64,000 nt of DNA from Eledone cirrhosa (taxonomy: Eukaryota), in contig OZ024744.1 of the NCBI GenBank assembly GCA_964016885.1, positions 103,168,001 through 103,232,000 on the forward strand, in the 5' to 3' direction. The position numbers were made by a program, and so were the translations under genes. Positions within the stretch are counted from its first letter, which is position 1; every line of letters begins with the position of its first letter. The notes under the pieces were generated by a model. That model searched no databases and was not told the origin of the DNA. It was given only the letters and a program-made list of their open reading frames with translations. Positions 1-13,244 of the stretch are shown piece by piece.

Positions 1-135
1 CAATGAAAGAAGCTACTAAGCTGTGATAGTGGAGGAAGGCATGAATGAAGTTGAGAGATATAGTGAAGGCATTGATATCTACTAAGTGGACAGATTGATA
101 TATGTACATCTTTCTACCTGTCAGTCTATCTATCT

Positions 136-435
136 CATCATCATCATGGCTTGACATTGCAAATGAAGATTATGAAGCAGGTGGTCCACGTTGACTCTGA
201 GATCACTCATGGTTGTACAGACAAATGTGGGACAGGCAGGCACAGCTACAGCGGATACATCTATATATCTTCTCAGGGTTTAATAAATTGGTATTGAGGT
301 TTACCCTTGTGTCTTTTGTCCTTAAGGGTGGCCCTGTGGGTTTTTTAAAGGTGAGGAAAGCATGGTTGATGGGTGGGATTCCATTTGTCATGGTTCTTAG
401 CTAGGGTGGACCACTGACGATGGTCCATGTGATTC
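136..435 (-). mobile_element. Degenerate RTE/BovB-type LINE 3' end (present in every full unit)
   Basis: Minus-strand translation gives DHRQWSTLAKNHDKW... and CSRCSCACLSHICLYNHE (terminal C2H2-like finger of RTE ORFs), then a (GAT)n tail. Confidence 0.75.
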
Positions 436-520
436 TATATATATATGTGTGATGGTGTAATAATAAAAGATAGGTTCTTAAATGTAACTTAATAAAAGAA
501 GGTTCTTGAATGTAACTTAC

Positions 521-577
521 TGTTTTCAATTCTTGGTGGTTTGGTTGCCACTTGATCTCTGCCTGTAAACCATCCAC
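521..577 (-). CDS. 57-nt phase-1 symmetric micro-exon, repeat copy 1: (S)GWFTGRDQVATKPPRIEN
   Basis: Minus strand reads TATTTTCTTTATTTAG|GTGGATGG...GAAAACA|GTAAGT. Length is divisible by 3. Phase is taken from the upstream exons. Confidence 0.72.
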
Positions 578-635
578 CTAAATAAAGAAAATAATATCAA
601 ATCTACATATATAAACCTGTGATATTAACAGATAA

Positions 636-850
636 TGATGTGTGATGTCAGTGAAAGTTGGCTGCTATTTCTAGCATATTTAGTTACTAGGTAGGTCTAG
701 CATTGATTTCAAACAGAATTGGCTGCTATTTCTAGCATATTTAGTTACCAGATAGGTCTAGCATTGAGGTCTTCATATAGATTTTAGTATGAAACACATA
801 AGGAAGATGTTTGTGTTGTAGATCACTCTCCTTCAAATTACACATTACCA
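636..850. mobile_element. Old MITE-like element in each unit, with a 61-bp internal sub-repeat
   Basis: Left TIR TGTGAT..GAGAGTTGGCTGCTATTTCTAGC. The matching right TIR GCTAGAAATAGTAACTAAATCTCCTTCAAATTACACA is complete only in the long units (~30756-30792, ~48383-48420). A diverged copy lies at ~56236-56398. Confidence 0.55.
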
Positions 851-897
851 ACTTATGTATGTATGTATGTATGTATGTATGTATGTAGTTATGTATG

Positions 898-1312
898 TTC
901 TTTTGGTTTTATAATTTCACACATTTTTACCAATAGAGAGAGAGAGAGTCGGTTTCTAACATAGACACACGACTCTCATTGTAATTTACACAACATCAAC
1001 AAAGTAGATTATGTATGCATGGATGCATGTGTAGATATGGATGTTATTGTATGTGTGGATGTGGATGTTTTGAGTTGTATCTCTGCATATGTATATGCTT
1101 TGTATCTGTACATGTATATATGCAGTTATTAGAGGCAAACATTTTTGGAAGTTTTACATATTTTTACTGTTCCATTAATGGATTGTACTTGAAATTTCCT
1201 AACTAGTTGTGTTCTTTCTGTTCATGTGAAGCCCAGCTTCTCAAGATTTGTATTGAGGCAGTTACTAACATACCCCAGTGCCCCAATAATCACAGGCATA
1301 AATCTGAGTAGT
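898..1312 (-). mobile_element. R4/Dong-like non-LTR element, family B, 5'-truncated 3' end (every unit)
   Basis: FMPVIIGALGYVSNCLNTNLEKLGF...LQVQSINGTVKICKT aligns by eye with the C-terminus of the 26257-26931 ORF. Both ends abut (TATG)n. Confidence 0.75.
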
Positions 1313-1335
1313 TATGTATGTATGTATGTATGTAT

Positions 1336-1624
1336 GTGGGACTGGCTTTGTGCAGTGCCTTTTCCTCACTATAAAAGCTTCACGGCACAGCCATTGCTTT
1401 ATATCTGGAGATCTCTCTGCACTTGTCGTCACATGGTACCATGGGCCCAGCACTATGTGTCAGTAATTGTCACAAGTGTAGAGTTTGTACCAGAGCTTTC
1501 AAGTCGCTGGCTGGCTTAAAAAGTCACACTCGTTCAGCGCATCAGTAGGGGTTCTCCTACATGGATATAAAGTAGTGGCCTTACTCGAAAAACGAGTTGG
1601 CAGCCACGATGTATGTATGTATGT
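1336..1624 (+). mobile_element. 5'-truncated bipartite RTE-derived element (short units only)
   Basis: Start resembles the RTE 5'UTR at ~56721-56783, then CSICTRAFKSLAGLKSHTRSAHQ* zinc finger, the GCC.TACTCGAAAAACGAG..GCAGCCA 3' motif and a (TATG)n tail. Empty sites at ~31240-31257 and ~48861-48880. Confidence 0.75.
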
Positions 1625-1745
1625 CGGGTCACTCTTCAGTGTTACTTGTAACATGTAACCCAGTACAACCTGTCGCATTGTCGGGTTGTCGGTGACTAAA
1701 CCGGCAACCCCACCAAGTTTACTTGGTGAGGAGGGTGATTTTGGA

Positions 1746-2455
1746 TCCAGGTGACAAGGTTGTAAAGAAAAAGAAATTGTCATTTCTTGTGTAAGCCTTC
1801 ATCCTTTCAATCATGAGAACGTTTTACAAATTTTGAAGGTTTCAGATATCATGGCAATTTGTAGATCATGAATTTAGGAGCCATGTTCTTTCTCTATAAA
1901 TCCCAGTTCAGTTATACTTTGGTCCAGGTGGAATTGTATATAAACTGTAGCTCCAATTATTATATGGTTGAATTTGACCATGTATCTTGGATACAGACTA
2001 GTGTAAATGTCAACTGATTACCCTCTTCTTTGTACAGCAAGTACTTGGTAGAGATTTCTTTTTCCTGGATTACATGGAGATATCCTTTAAGGTGAGAGGT
2101 TATGAACCTGTTGGAACTGCATGTCAGGCTTTTGGTATTGTTTATGCCCTCTATGGTCTGTGCTTTTCATCTCAAGTATCCATGTACAATTTCTAAGTAA
2201 AGTGGTCTATTATTTAATTTGTTTTGAGTATTGAGTAGAGTTTTCTGGTTGAGATGGTTGCTGACCATTTACTTCTGTTGAATATGTTGCTTCGTGTTAC
2301 GATCCGGGTCTCTTAAGATGTTAATATGGATTTTAGGTCCATAAAACTCTCCATGTGTGAGAAATATTGCCCATCCACATCACCATTGATGTGAAAATTT
2401 CCATTAACACTAAGCAACTTGTAAGTCCATACATCAATCTCCTTTAGTTCTTTGT
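1746..2455 (-). mobile_element. Degenerate, internally deleted R4/Dong-like element, family A (every full unit)
   Basis: Minus-strand translation gives KELKEIDVW..NGNFHINGDVD.., FITSHLKGYLHVIQEKEISTKYLL, YPRY..IIIGATVYI..LDQSITELGF..FKICKTF with stops. Homologous to 26257-26931. Confidence 0.85.
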
Positions 2456-3058
2456 ACGATGGATATTGTCCTATACACATGTCATATGTAGTGGGATTTG
2501 ACTAGGTACTGAATAGGAGAACAGGCATGAATGTATTTACTGCAATGAAAGAAGCTACTAAGCTGTGATAGTGGAGGAAGGCATGAATGAAGTTGAGAGA
2601 TATAGTGAAGGCATTGATATCTACTAAGTGGACAGATTGATATATGTACATCTTTCTACCTGTCAGTCTATCTCATCATCATCATGGCTTGACATTGCAA
2701 ATGAAGATTATGAAGCAGGTGGTCCACGTTGACTCTGAGATCACTCATGGTTGTACAGACAAATGTGGGACAGGCAGGCACAGCTATAGCGGCTACATCT
2801 ATATATCTTCTCAGGGTTTGATAAATTGGTATTGAGGTTTCCCCTTGTGTCTTTTGTCCTTAAGGGTGGCCCTGTGTGTTTTTTAAAGGTGGAGAAAGCA
2901 TGGTTGATGGGTGGGATTCCATTTGTCATGGTTCTTAGCTAGGGTGGACCACTGACGATGGTCCATGTGATTCTATATATATATGTGTGATGGTGTAATA
3001 ATAAAAGATAGGTTCTTCAATGTAACTTAATAAAAGAAGGTTCTTGAATGTAACTTAC

Positions 3059-3115
3059 TGTTTTCAATTCTTGGTGGTTTGGTTGCCACTTGATCTCTGC
3101 CTGTAAACCATCCAC
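3059..3115 (-). CDS. 57-nt micro-exon, repeat copy 2
   Basis: Identical to copy 1, AG/GTAAGT intact. Confidence 0.72.
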
Positions 3116-5574
3116 CTAAATAAAGAAAATAATATCAAATCTACATATATAAACCTATGATATTAACAGATAATGATGTGTGATGTCAGGGAGAGTTGGC
3201 TGCTATTTCTAGCATATTTAGTTACTAGGTAGGTCTAGCATTGATTTCAAAGAGAATTGACTGCTATTTCTAGCATATTTAGTTACCTCATAGGTCTAGC
3301 ATTGAGGTCTTCATATAGATTTTAGTATGAAACACATAAGGAAGATGTTTGTGTTGTAGATCACTCTCCTTCAAATTACACATTACCAACTTATGTATGT
3401 ATGTATGTATGTATGTATGTATGTATGTTCTTTTGGTTTTATAATTTCACACATTTTTACCAATAGAGAGAGAGTCGGTTTCTAACATAGACACACGACT
3501 CTCATTGTAATTTAACAACATCAACAAAGTAGATTATGTATGCATGCATGCATGTGTAGATTTGGATGTTATTGTATGTGTGGATGTGGATGTTTTGAGT
3601 TGTATGTCTGCATATGTATATGCTTTGTATCTGTACATGTGTATATGCAGTTATTAGACGCAAAATGTTTGGAAGTTTTACATATTTTTACTGTTCCATT
3701 AATGGATTGTACTTGTAATTTCCTAACTAGTTGTGTTCTTTCTGTTCCTGTGAAGCCCAGCTTCTCAAGATTTGTATTGAGGCAGTTACTAACATACTCC
3801 TGTGCCCCAATAATAACAGGCATAAATCTGAGTAGTTATGTATGTATGTATGTATGTGGGACTGGCTTTGTGCAGTGCCTTTTCCTCACTATAAAAGCTT
3901 CACGGCACAGGCATTGCTTTATATCTGGAGATCTCTCTGCACTTGTCATCACATGGTACCATGGGCCCAGCACTATGAGTCAATAATTGTCACAAGTGTA
4001 GTATTTGTACCAGAGCTTTCAAGTCGCTGGCTGGACTAAAAAGTCACACTCGTTCAGCGCATCAGTAGGGGTTCTCCTACATGGATATAAAGTAGTGGCC
4101 GTACTCGAAAAACGAGTTGGCAGCTACCATGTATGTATGTCGGGTCACTCTTCAGTGTTACTTGTAACATGTAACCCAGTACAACCTGTCGCATTATCGG
4201 ATTGTCGGTGACTAAACCAGCAACCCCTCCCAGTTTACTTGGTGAGGAGGGTGATTTTGGATCCGGGTGACAAGGTTGTAAAGAAAAAGAAATTGTCATT
4301 TCTTGTGTAAGCCTTCATCCTTTCAATCATGAGAATGTTTTATAAATTTTGAAGGTTTCAGATATCATGGCTATTTGTAGATCATGAATTTAGGAGCCAT
4401 GTTCTTTCTCCATAAATCCCAGTTCAATTATACTCTGGTCCAGGTGGAATTGTATATAAACTGTAGCTCCAATTATTATATGGTTGAATTTGACCATGTA
4501 TCTTGGATACAGACTAGTAAATGTCAACAGATTACCCTCTTTTTTATACAGTAAGTACTTGGTAGAGATTTCTTTTTCCTGGATTACATGGAGATATCCT
4601 TTAAGGTGAGATGTTATGAACCTGTTGGAACTGCATGTCAGGCTTTTGGTATTGTTTATGCCCTCTATGGTCTGTGCTTTTCATCTCAAGTATCTATGTA
4701 CAATTTCTTAGTAAAGTGCTATATTATTTAATTTGTTTTGAGTATTGAGTAGAGTTTTCTGGTTGAGATGGCTGCTGACCATTTACTTCTGTTGAAGATG
4801 TTGCTTCATGTTACTATCCGAGTCTCTTATGATGTTAATATGGATTTTAGGTCCACAAAACTCTCCATGAGTGAGAAATATTGCCTATCCACATCACCAT
4901 TGATGTGAAAATTTCCATTAACACTGAGCAACTTGTAAGTCCATACATCCATCTCCTCCAGTTCTTTGTACTATGTATATTGTCCTATACACATGTCATA
5001 CGTAGTGGGATTTGACTAGGTACTGAATAGGAGTACAGGCATGAATGTGTGTACTGCAATGAAAGAAGCTACTAAGCTGTGATAGTGGAGGAAGGCATGA
5101 ATGAAGTTGAGAGATATAGTGAAGGCATTGATATCTACTAAGTGGACAGATTGATATATGTACATCTTTCTACCTGTCAGTCTATCTATCTCATCATCAT
5201 CATGGCTTGACATTGCAAATGAAGATTATGAAGCAGGTGGTCCACGTTGACTCTGAGATCACTCATGGTTGTACAGACAAATGTGGGACAGGCAGGCACA
5301 GCTACAGTGGCTACATCTATATATCTTCTCAGGGTTTGATAAATTGGTATTGAGGTTTCCCCTTGTGTCTTTTGTCCTTAAGGGTGGCCCTGTGGGTTTT
5401 TTAAAGGTGGAGAAAGCATGGTTGATGGGTGGGATTCCATTTGTCATGGTTCTTAGCTAGGGTGGACCACTGACGATGTTCCATGTGATTCTATATATAT
5501 ATGTGATGGTGTAATAATATAAGATAGGTTCTTCAATGTAACTTAATAAAAGAAGGTTCTTGAATGTAACTTAC

Positions 5575-5631
5575 TGTTTTCAATTCTTGGTGCTTTGGTT
5601 GCCACTTGATCTCTGCCTGTAAACCATCCAC
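5575..5631 (-). CDS. 57-nt micro-exon, repeat copy 3 (KAP variant)
   Basis: Splice sites intact; CCA>GCA. Confidence 0.72.
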
Positions 5632-8098
5632 CTAAATAAAGAAAATAATATCAAATCTACTTATATAAACCTATGATATTAACAGATAATGATGTGAGAT
5701 GTCAGTGAAAGTTGGCTGCTATTTCTAGCATATTTAGTTACTAGGTAGGTCTAGCATTGAATTCAAGGAGAATTGGCTGCTATTTCTAGCATATTTAGTT
5801 ACCTCATAGGTCTAGCATTGAGGTCTTCATATATATTTTAGTATGAAACACATAAGGAAGATGTTTGTGTTGTAGATCACTATCCTTCAAATTACACATT
5901 ACCAACTTATGTATGTATATATGTATGTATGTATGTATGTATGTTCTTTTGGTTTTATAATTTCACACATTTTTACCAATAGAGAGAGAGTCGGTTTCTA
6001 ACATAGACACACGACTCTCATTGTAATTAAACAACATCAACAAAGTAGATTATGTATGCATGCATTCATGTGTAGATATGGATGTTATTGTATGTGTGGA
6101 TGTGGATGTTTTGAGTTGTATGTCTGCATATGTATATGCTTTGTATCTGTACATGTGTATATGCAGTTATTAGACGCAACATTTTTGGAAGTTTTACATA
6201 TTTTTACTGTTCCATTAATGGATTGTACTTGTAATTTCCTAACTAGTTGTGTTCTTTCTGTTCCTGTGAAGCCCAGATTCTCAAGATTTGTATTGAAGCA
6301 GTTACTAACATACTCATGTACCCCAATAATAACAGGCATAAATCTGAGTAGTTATGTATGTATGTATGTATGTGGGACTGGCTTTGTGCAGTGCCTTTTC
6401 CTCACTATAAAAGCTTCACGGCACAGGCATTGCTTTATATCTGGAGATCTCTCTGCACTTGTCACCACATGGTACCATGGGCCCAGCACTATGAGTCAAT
6501 AATTGACACAAGTGTAGTATTTGTACCAGAGCTTTCAAATCGCTGGCTGGACTAAAGAGTCACACTCGTTCAGCGCATCAGTAGGGGTTCTCCTACATGG
6601 ATATAAAGTAGTGGCCGTACTCGAAAAACGAGTTGGCAGCCACCATGTATGTATGTATGACGGGTCACTCTTCAGTGTTACTTGTAACATGTAACCCAGT
6701 ACAACCTGTCACATTGTCGGATTGTCGGTGACTAAACCGGCAACCCCACCAAGTTTATTTGGTGAGGAGGGTGATTTTGGATCCAGGTGACAAGGTTGTA
6801 AAGAAAAAGAAATTGTCATTTCTTGTGTAAGCCTTCATCCATTCAATCATGAGAACGTTTTACAAATTTTGAAGGTTTCAGATATCATGGCTATTTGTAG
6901 ATCATGAATTTAGGAGCTATGTTCTTTCTCCATAAATCCCAGTTCAGTTATACTTTGGTCCAGGTGGAATTGTATATAAACTGTAGCTCCAATTATTATA
7001 TGGTTGAATTCGACTATGTATCTTGGATACAGACTAGTGTAAATGTCAACTGATTACCCTCTTTTTTGTACAGTAAGTACTTGGTAGAGATTTCTTTTTC
7101 CTGGATTACATGGAGATATCCTTTAAGGTGAGATGTTATGAACCTGTTGGAACTCCATCTCAGGCTTTTGGTATTGTTTATGCCCTCTATGGTCTGTGCT
7201 TTTCATCTCAAGTATCCATGTACAATTTCTAAGTAAAGTGGTCTATTATTTAATTTGTTTTGAGTATTGAGTAGAGTTTTCTGGTTGAGATGGTTGCTGA
7301 CCATTTACTTCTGTTGAAGATGTTGCTTCGTGTTACTATCCGAGTCTCTTAAGATGTTAATATGGATTTTAGGTCCACAAAACCCTCCATGTGTGAGAAA
7401 TATTGCCCATCCACATCACCATTTATGTGAAAATTTCCATTAACACTGAGCAACTTGTAAGTCCATACATCAATCTCCTCTAGTTCTTTGTACTATGGAT
7501 ATTGTCATATACACATGTCATACGTAGTGGGATTTGACTAGGTACTGAATAGGAGTACAGGCATGAATGTATTTACTGCAATGAAAGAAGCTACTAAGCT
7601 GTGATAGTGGAGGAAGGCATGAATGAAGTTGAGAGATATAGTGAAGGCATTGATATCTACTAAGTGGACAGATTGATATATGTATATCTTTCTACCTGTC
7701 AGTCTATCTATCTCATCATCATCATGGCTTGACATTGCAAATGAAGATTATGAAGCAGGTGGTCCACGTTGACTCTGAGATCACTCATGGTTGTACAGAC
7801 AAATGTGGGACAGGCAGGCACAGCTACAGCGGCTACATCTATATATCTTCTCAGGGTTTGATAAATTGGTATTGAGGTTTCCCCTTGTGTCTTTTGTCCT
7901 TAAGGGTGGCCCTGTGGGTTGTTTAAAGATGGAGAAAGCATGGTTGATGGGTAGGATTCCATTTGTCATGGTTCTTAGCTAGGGTGGACCACTGACGATG
8001 GTCCATGTGATTCTATATATATATGTGTGATGGTGTAATAATAAAAGATAGGTTCTTCAATGTAACTTAATAAAAGAAGGTTCTTGAATGTAACTTAC

Positions 8099-8155
8099 TG
8101 TTTTCAATTCTTGGTGGTTTGGTTGCCACTTGATCTCTGCCTGTAAACCATCCAC
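8099..8155 (-). CDS. 57-nt micro-exon, repeat copy 4
   Basis: Consensus sequence, splice sites intact. Confidence 0.72.
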
Positions 8156-10654
8156 CTAAATAAAGAAAATAATATCAAATCTACATATATAAACCTATGA
8201 TATTAACAGATAATGATGTGAGATGTCAGGGAGAGTTGGCTGCTATTTCTAGCATATTTAGTTACTAGGTAGGTCTAGCATTGATTTCAAGGAGAATTGG
8301 CTGCTATTTCTAGCATATTTAGTTACCTCATAGGTCTAGCATTGAGGTCTTCATATAGATTTTAGTATGAAACACATAAGGAAGATGTTTGTGTTGTAGA
8401 TCACTCTCCTTCAAATTACACATTACCAACTTATGTATGTATTTATGTATGTATGTATGTATGTATGTATGTATGTATGTATGTATGTATGTATGTATGT
8501 TCTTTTGGTTTTATAATTTCACACATTTTTACCAATAGAGAGAGAGTCGGTTTCTAACATAGACACAAGACTCTCATTGTAATTTAACAACATCAACAAA
8601 GTAGATTATGTATGCATGCATTCATGTGTAGATATGGATGTTATTGTATGTGTGGATGTGTATGTTTTGAGTTGTATGTGTGCATGCGTATATGCTTTGT
8701 ATCTGTACATGTGTATATGCAGTTATTAGACGCAACATTTTTGGAAGTTTTACATATTTTTACTGTTCCATTAATGGATTGTACTTGTAATTTCCTAACT
8801 AGTTGTGTTCTTTCTGTTCCTGTGAAGCCCAGCTTCTCAAGATTTGTATTGAGGCAGTTACTAACATACTCCAGTGCCCCAATAATAACAGGCATAAATC
8901 TGAGTAGTTATGTATGTATGTATGAATGTGGGACTGGCTTTGTGCAGTGCCTTTTCCTCACTATAAAAGCTTCACGGCACAGGCATTGCTTTATATCTGG
9001 AGATCTCTCTGCACTTGTCGTGACATGATACCATAGGCCCAGCACTATGTGTCAATAATTGTCACAAGTGTAGTATTTGTACCAGAGCTTTCAAGTCGCT
9101 GGCTGGACTAAAAAGTCACACTCGTTCAGCGCATCAGTAAGGGTTCTCCTACATAGTTATAAAGTAGTGGCCGTACTCGAAAAACGAGTTGGCAGCCACC
9201 ATGTATGTATGTATGTCGGGTCACTCTTCAGTTTTATTTGTAACATGTAACTCAGTACAACGTGTTGTATTGTCGGGTTGTCGGTGACTAAACCAGCAAC
9301 CCCTCCAAGTTTACTTGGTGAGGAGGGTGATTTTGGATCCAGGTGACAAGGTTGTAAAGAAAAAGAAATTGTTATTTCTTGTGTAAGCCTTCATCCTTTC
9401 AATCATGAGAATGTTTTATAAATTTTGAAGGTTTCAGATATCATGGCTATTTGTAGATCATGAATTTAGGAGCCATGTTCTTTCTCCATAAATCCCAGTT
9501 CAGTTATACTTTGGTCCAGGTGGAATTGTATATAAACTGTAGCTCCAATTATTATATGGTTGAATTTGACCATGTATCTTGGATACAGACTAGTGTAAAT
9601 GTCAACTGATTACCCTCTTTTTTATACAGTAAGTACTTGGTAGAGATTTCTTTTTCCTGGATTACATGGAGATATCCTTTAAGGTGAGAGGTTATGAACC
9701 TGTTGGAACTCCATGTCAGGCTTTTGGTATTGTTTCTGCCCTCTATGCTCTGTGCTTTTCATCTCAAGTATCTATGTACAATTTCTCAGTAAAGTGGTCT
9801 CTTATTTAATTTGTTTTGAGTATTGGGTAGAGTTTTCTGGTTGAGATGGTTGCTGACCATTTTCTTCTGTTGAAGATGTTGCTTCGTGTTACGATCCGGG
9901 TCTCTTAAGATGTTAATATGGATTTTAGGTCCACAAAACTCTCCATGTGTGAGAAATATTGCCCATCCACATCACCATTGATGTGAAAATTTCCATTAAC
10001 ACTGAGCAACTTGTAAGTCCATACATCCATCTCCTCTAGTTCTTTGTACTATGGATATTGTCCTATACACATGTCATACGTAGTGGGATTTGACTAGGTA
10101 CTGAATAGGAGAACAGGCATGAATGTATTTACTGCAATGAAAGAAGCTACTAAGCTGTGATAGTGGAGGAAGGCATGAATGAAGTTGAGAGGTATGGTGA
10201 AGCCATTGATATCTACTAAGTGGACAGATTGATATATGTACATCTTTCTACCTGTCAGTCTATCTATCTCATCATCATCATGGCTTGACATTGCAAATGA
10301 AGATTATGAAGCAGGTGGTCCACGTTGACTCTGAGATCACTCATGGTTGTACAGACAAATGTGGGACAGGCAGGCACAGCTATAGCGGCTACATCTATAT
10401 ATCTTCTCAGGGTTTGATAAATTGGTATTGAGGTTTCCCCTTGTGTCTTTTGTCCTTAAGGGTGGCCCTGTGGGTTTTTTAAAGGTGGAGAAAGCATGGT
10501 TGATGGGTGGGATTCCATTTGTCATGGTTCTTAGCTAGGGTGGACCACTGACTATGGTCCATGTGATTCTATATATATATGTGTGATGGTGTAATAATAA
10601 AAGATAGGTTCTTCAATGTAACTTAATAAAAGAAGGTTCTTGAATGTAACTTAC

Positions 10655-10711
10655 TGTTTTCAATTCTTGGTGGTTTGGTTGCCACTTGATCTCTCCCTGT
10701 AAACCATCCAC
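10655..10711 (-). CDS. 57-nt micro-exon, repeat copy 5 (silent GGC>GGG in phase 1)
   Basis: Splice sites intact. Confidence 0.72.
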
Positions 10712-13187
10712 CTAAATAAAGAAATTAATATCAAATCTACTTATATAAACCTATGATATTAACAGATAATGATGTGTGATGTCAGTGAAAGTTGGCTGCT
10801 ATTTCTAGCATATTTAGTTACTAGGTAGGTCTAGCATTGATTTCAAAGAGAATTGGCTGGTATTTCTAGCATATTTAGTTACCTCATAGGTCTAGCATTG
10901 AGGTCTTCATATAGATTTTAGTATGAAACACATAAGGAAGATGTTTGTGTTGTAGATCACTCTCCTTCAAATTACACATTACCAACTTATGTATGTATGT
11001 ATGTATGTATGTATGTATTTATGTATGTTCTTTTGGTTTTATAATTTCACACATTTTTACCAATAGAGAGAGAGAGAGTCGGTTTCTAACATAAACACAT
11101 GACTCTCATTGTAATTTACACATCAACAAAGTAGATTATGTATGCATGCATGCATGTGTAGATATGGATGTTATTGTATGTGTGGATGTGGATGTTTTGA
11201 GTTGTATGTCTGCATATGTATATGCTTTGTATCAGTACATGTGTATATGCAGTTATTAAATGCAAACATTTTTGGAAGTTTTACATATTTTTACTGTTCC
11301 ATTAATGGATTGTACTTGTAATTTCCTAACTAGTTGTGTTCTTTCTGATCCTGTGAAGCCCAGTTTCTCAAGATTTGTATTGAGGCAGTTACTAACATAC
11401 CCCAGTGCCCCAATAATCACAGGCATAAATCTGAGTAGTTATGTATGTATGTATGTATGTGGGACTGACTTTGTGCAGTGCCTTTTCCTCACTATAAAAG
11501 CTTCACGGCACAGGCATTGCTTTATATCTGGAGATCTCTCTGCACTTGTCGTCACATGGTACCATGGGCCCAGCCCTGTGTCAATAATTGTCACAAGTGT
11601 AGTATTTGTACCAGAGCTTTCAAGTCGCTGGCTGGACTAAAAAGTCACACTCGTTCAGCGCATCAGTAGGGGTTCTCCTACATGGATATAAAGTAGTGGC
11701 CTTACTCGAAAAACGAGTTGGCAGCCACCATGTATGTGATGTATGTATGTATGTCGGGTCACTCTTCAGTGTTACTTGTAACATGTAACCCAGTACAACC
11801 TGTCGCATTGTCGGGTTGTCGGTGACTAAACCGGCAACCACGCCAAGTTTACTTGGTGAGGAGGATGATCTTCGATCCAGGTGACAAGGTTGTAAAGAAA
11901 AAGAAATTGTCATTTCTTGTGTAAGCCTTCATCCTTTCAATCATGAGAATGTTTTACAAATTTTGAAGGTTTCAGATATCATGGCTATTTGTAGATCATG
12001 AATTTAGGAGCTATGTTCTTTCTCCATAAATCCCAGTTCAGTTATACTTTGGTCCAGGTGGAATTGTATATAAACTGGAGCTCCAATTATTATATGGTTG
12101 AATTTGACCATGTATCTTGGATACAGACTAGTGTAAATGTCAACTGATTACCCTCTTTTTAGTACAGCAAGTACTTGGTAGAGATTTCTTTTTCCTGGAT
12201 TACATGGAGATATCCTTTAAGGTGAGAGGTTATGAACCTGTTGGAACTCCATGTCAGGCTTTTGGTATTGTTTCTGCCCTCTATGGTCTGTGCTTTTCAT
12301 CTCAATTATCCATGTACAATTTCTTAGTAAAGTGGTCTATTATTTAATTTGTTTTGAGTATTGAGTAGAGTTTTCTGGTTCAGATGGTTGCTGACCATTT
12401 ACTTCTGTTGAAGATGTTGCTTCGTGTTACTATCCGGGTCTCTTAAGATGTTAATATGGATTTTAGGTCCATAAAACTCTCCATGTGTGAGAAATATTGC
12501 CCATCCACATCACCATCGATGTGAAAATTTCCATTAACACTGAGCAACTTGTAAGTCCATACATCAATCTCATTTAGTTCTTTGTACTATGGATATAGTT
12601 CTATACACATGTCATACGTAGTGGGATTTGGCTAGGTACTGAATAGGAGTACAGGCATTAATGTATTTACTGCAATGAAAGAAGCTACTAAGCTGTGATA
12701 GTGGAGGAAGGCATGAATGAAGTTGAGAGATATAGTGAAGGCATTGATATCTACTAAGTGGACAGTTGATATATGTACATCTTTCTACCTGTCAGTCTAT
12801 CTATCTCATCATCATCATGGCTTGACATTGCAAATGAAGATTATGAAGCAGGTGGTCCACGTTGACTCTGAGATCACTCATGGTTGTACAGACAAATGTG
12901 GGACAGGCAGGCACAGCTATAGCGGCTACATCTATATATCTTCTCAGGGTTTGATAAATTGGTATTGAGGTTTCCCCTTGTGTCTTTTGTCATTAAGAGT
13001 GGCCCTGTGGGTTTTTTAAAGGTGGAGAAAGCATGGTTGATGGGTGGGATTCCATTTGTCGTGGTTCTTAGCTAGGGTGGACAACTGACGATGGTCCATG
13101 TGATTCTATATATATATGATGGTGTAATAATATAAGATAGGTTCTTCAATGTAACTTAATAAAAGAAGGTTCTTGAATGTAACTTAC

Positions 13188-13244
13188 TGTTTTCAATTCT
13201 TGGTGGTTTGGTTGCCACTTGATCTCTGCCTGTAAACCATCCAC
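13188..13244 (-). CDS. 57-nt micro-exon, repeat copy 6
   Basis: Consensus sequence, splice sites intact. Confidence 0.72.

Noticed and set aside
408-428. Hairpin TGGACCA-CTGACGA-TGGTCCA resembling a hammerhead CUGANGA core (retrozyme/Penelope idea)
   Set aside because: There is no stem II followed by GAAA and no stem III. The segment is the antisense of RTE codons DHRQWS.
521-577. Phase-0 reading VDGLQAEIKWQPNHQELKT, or a GWamide-type neuropeptide precursor reading of the repeat
   Set aside because: The upstream exons are open only in phase 1. The phase-1 peptide lacks dibasic cleavage sites and a GW-G-K/R amidation signal.
11478-11669. C2H2 zinc-finger gene cluster (CSICTRAFKSLAGLKSH; also 59300-59603)
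   Set aside because: The fingers are the C-termini of RTE LINE ORFs, followed directly by the RTE 3' motif and tail.
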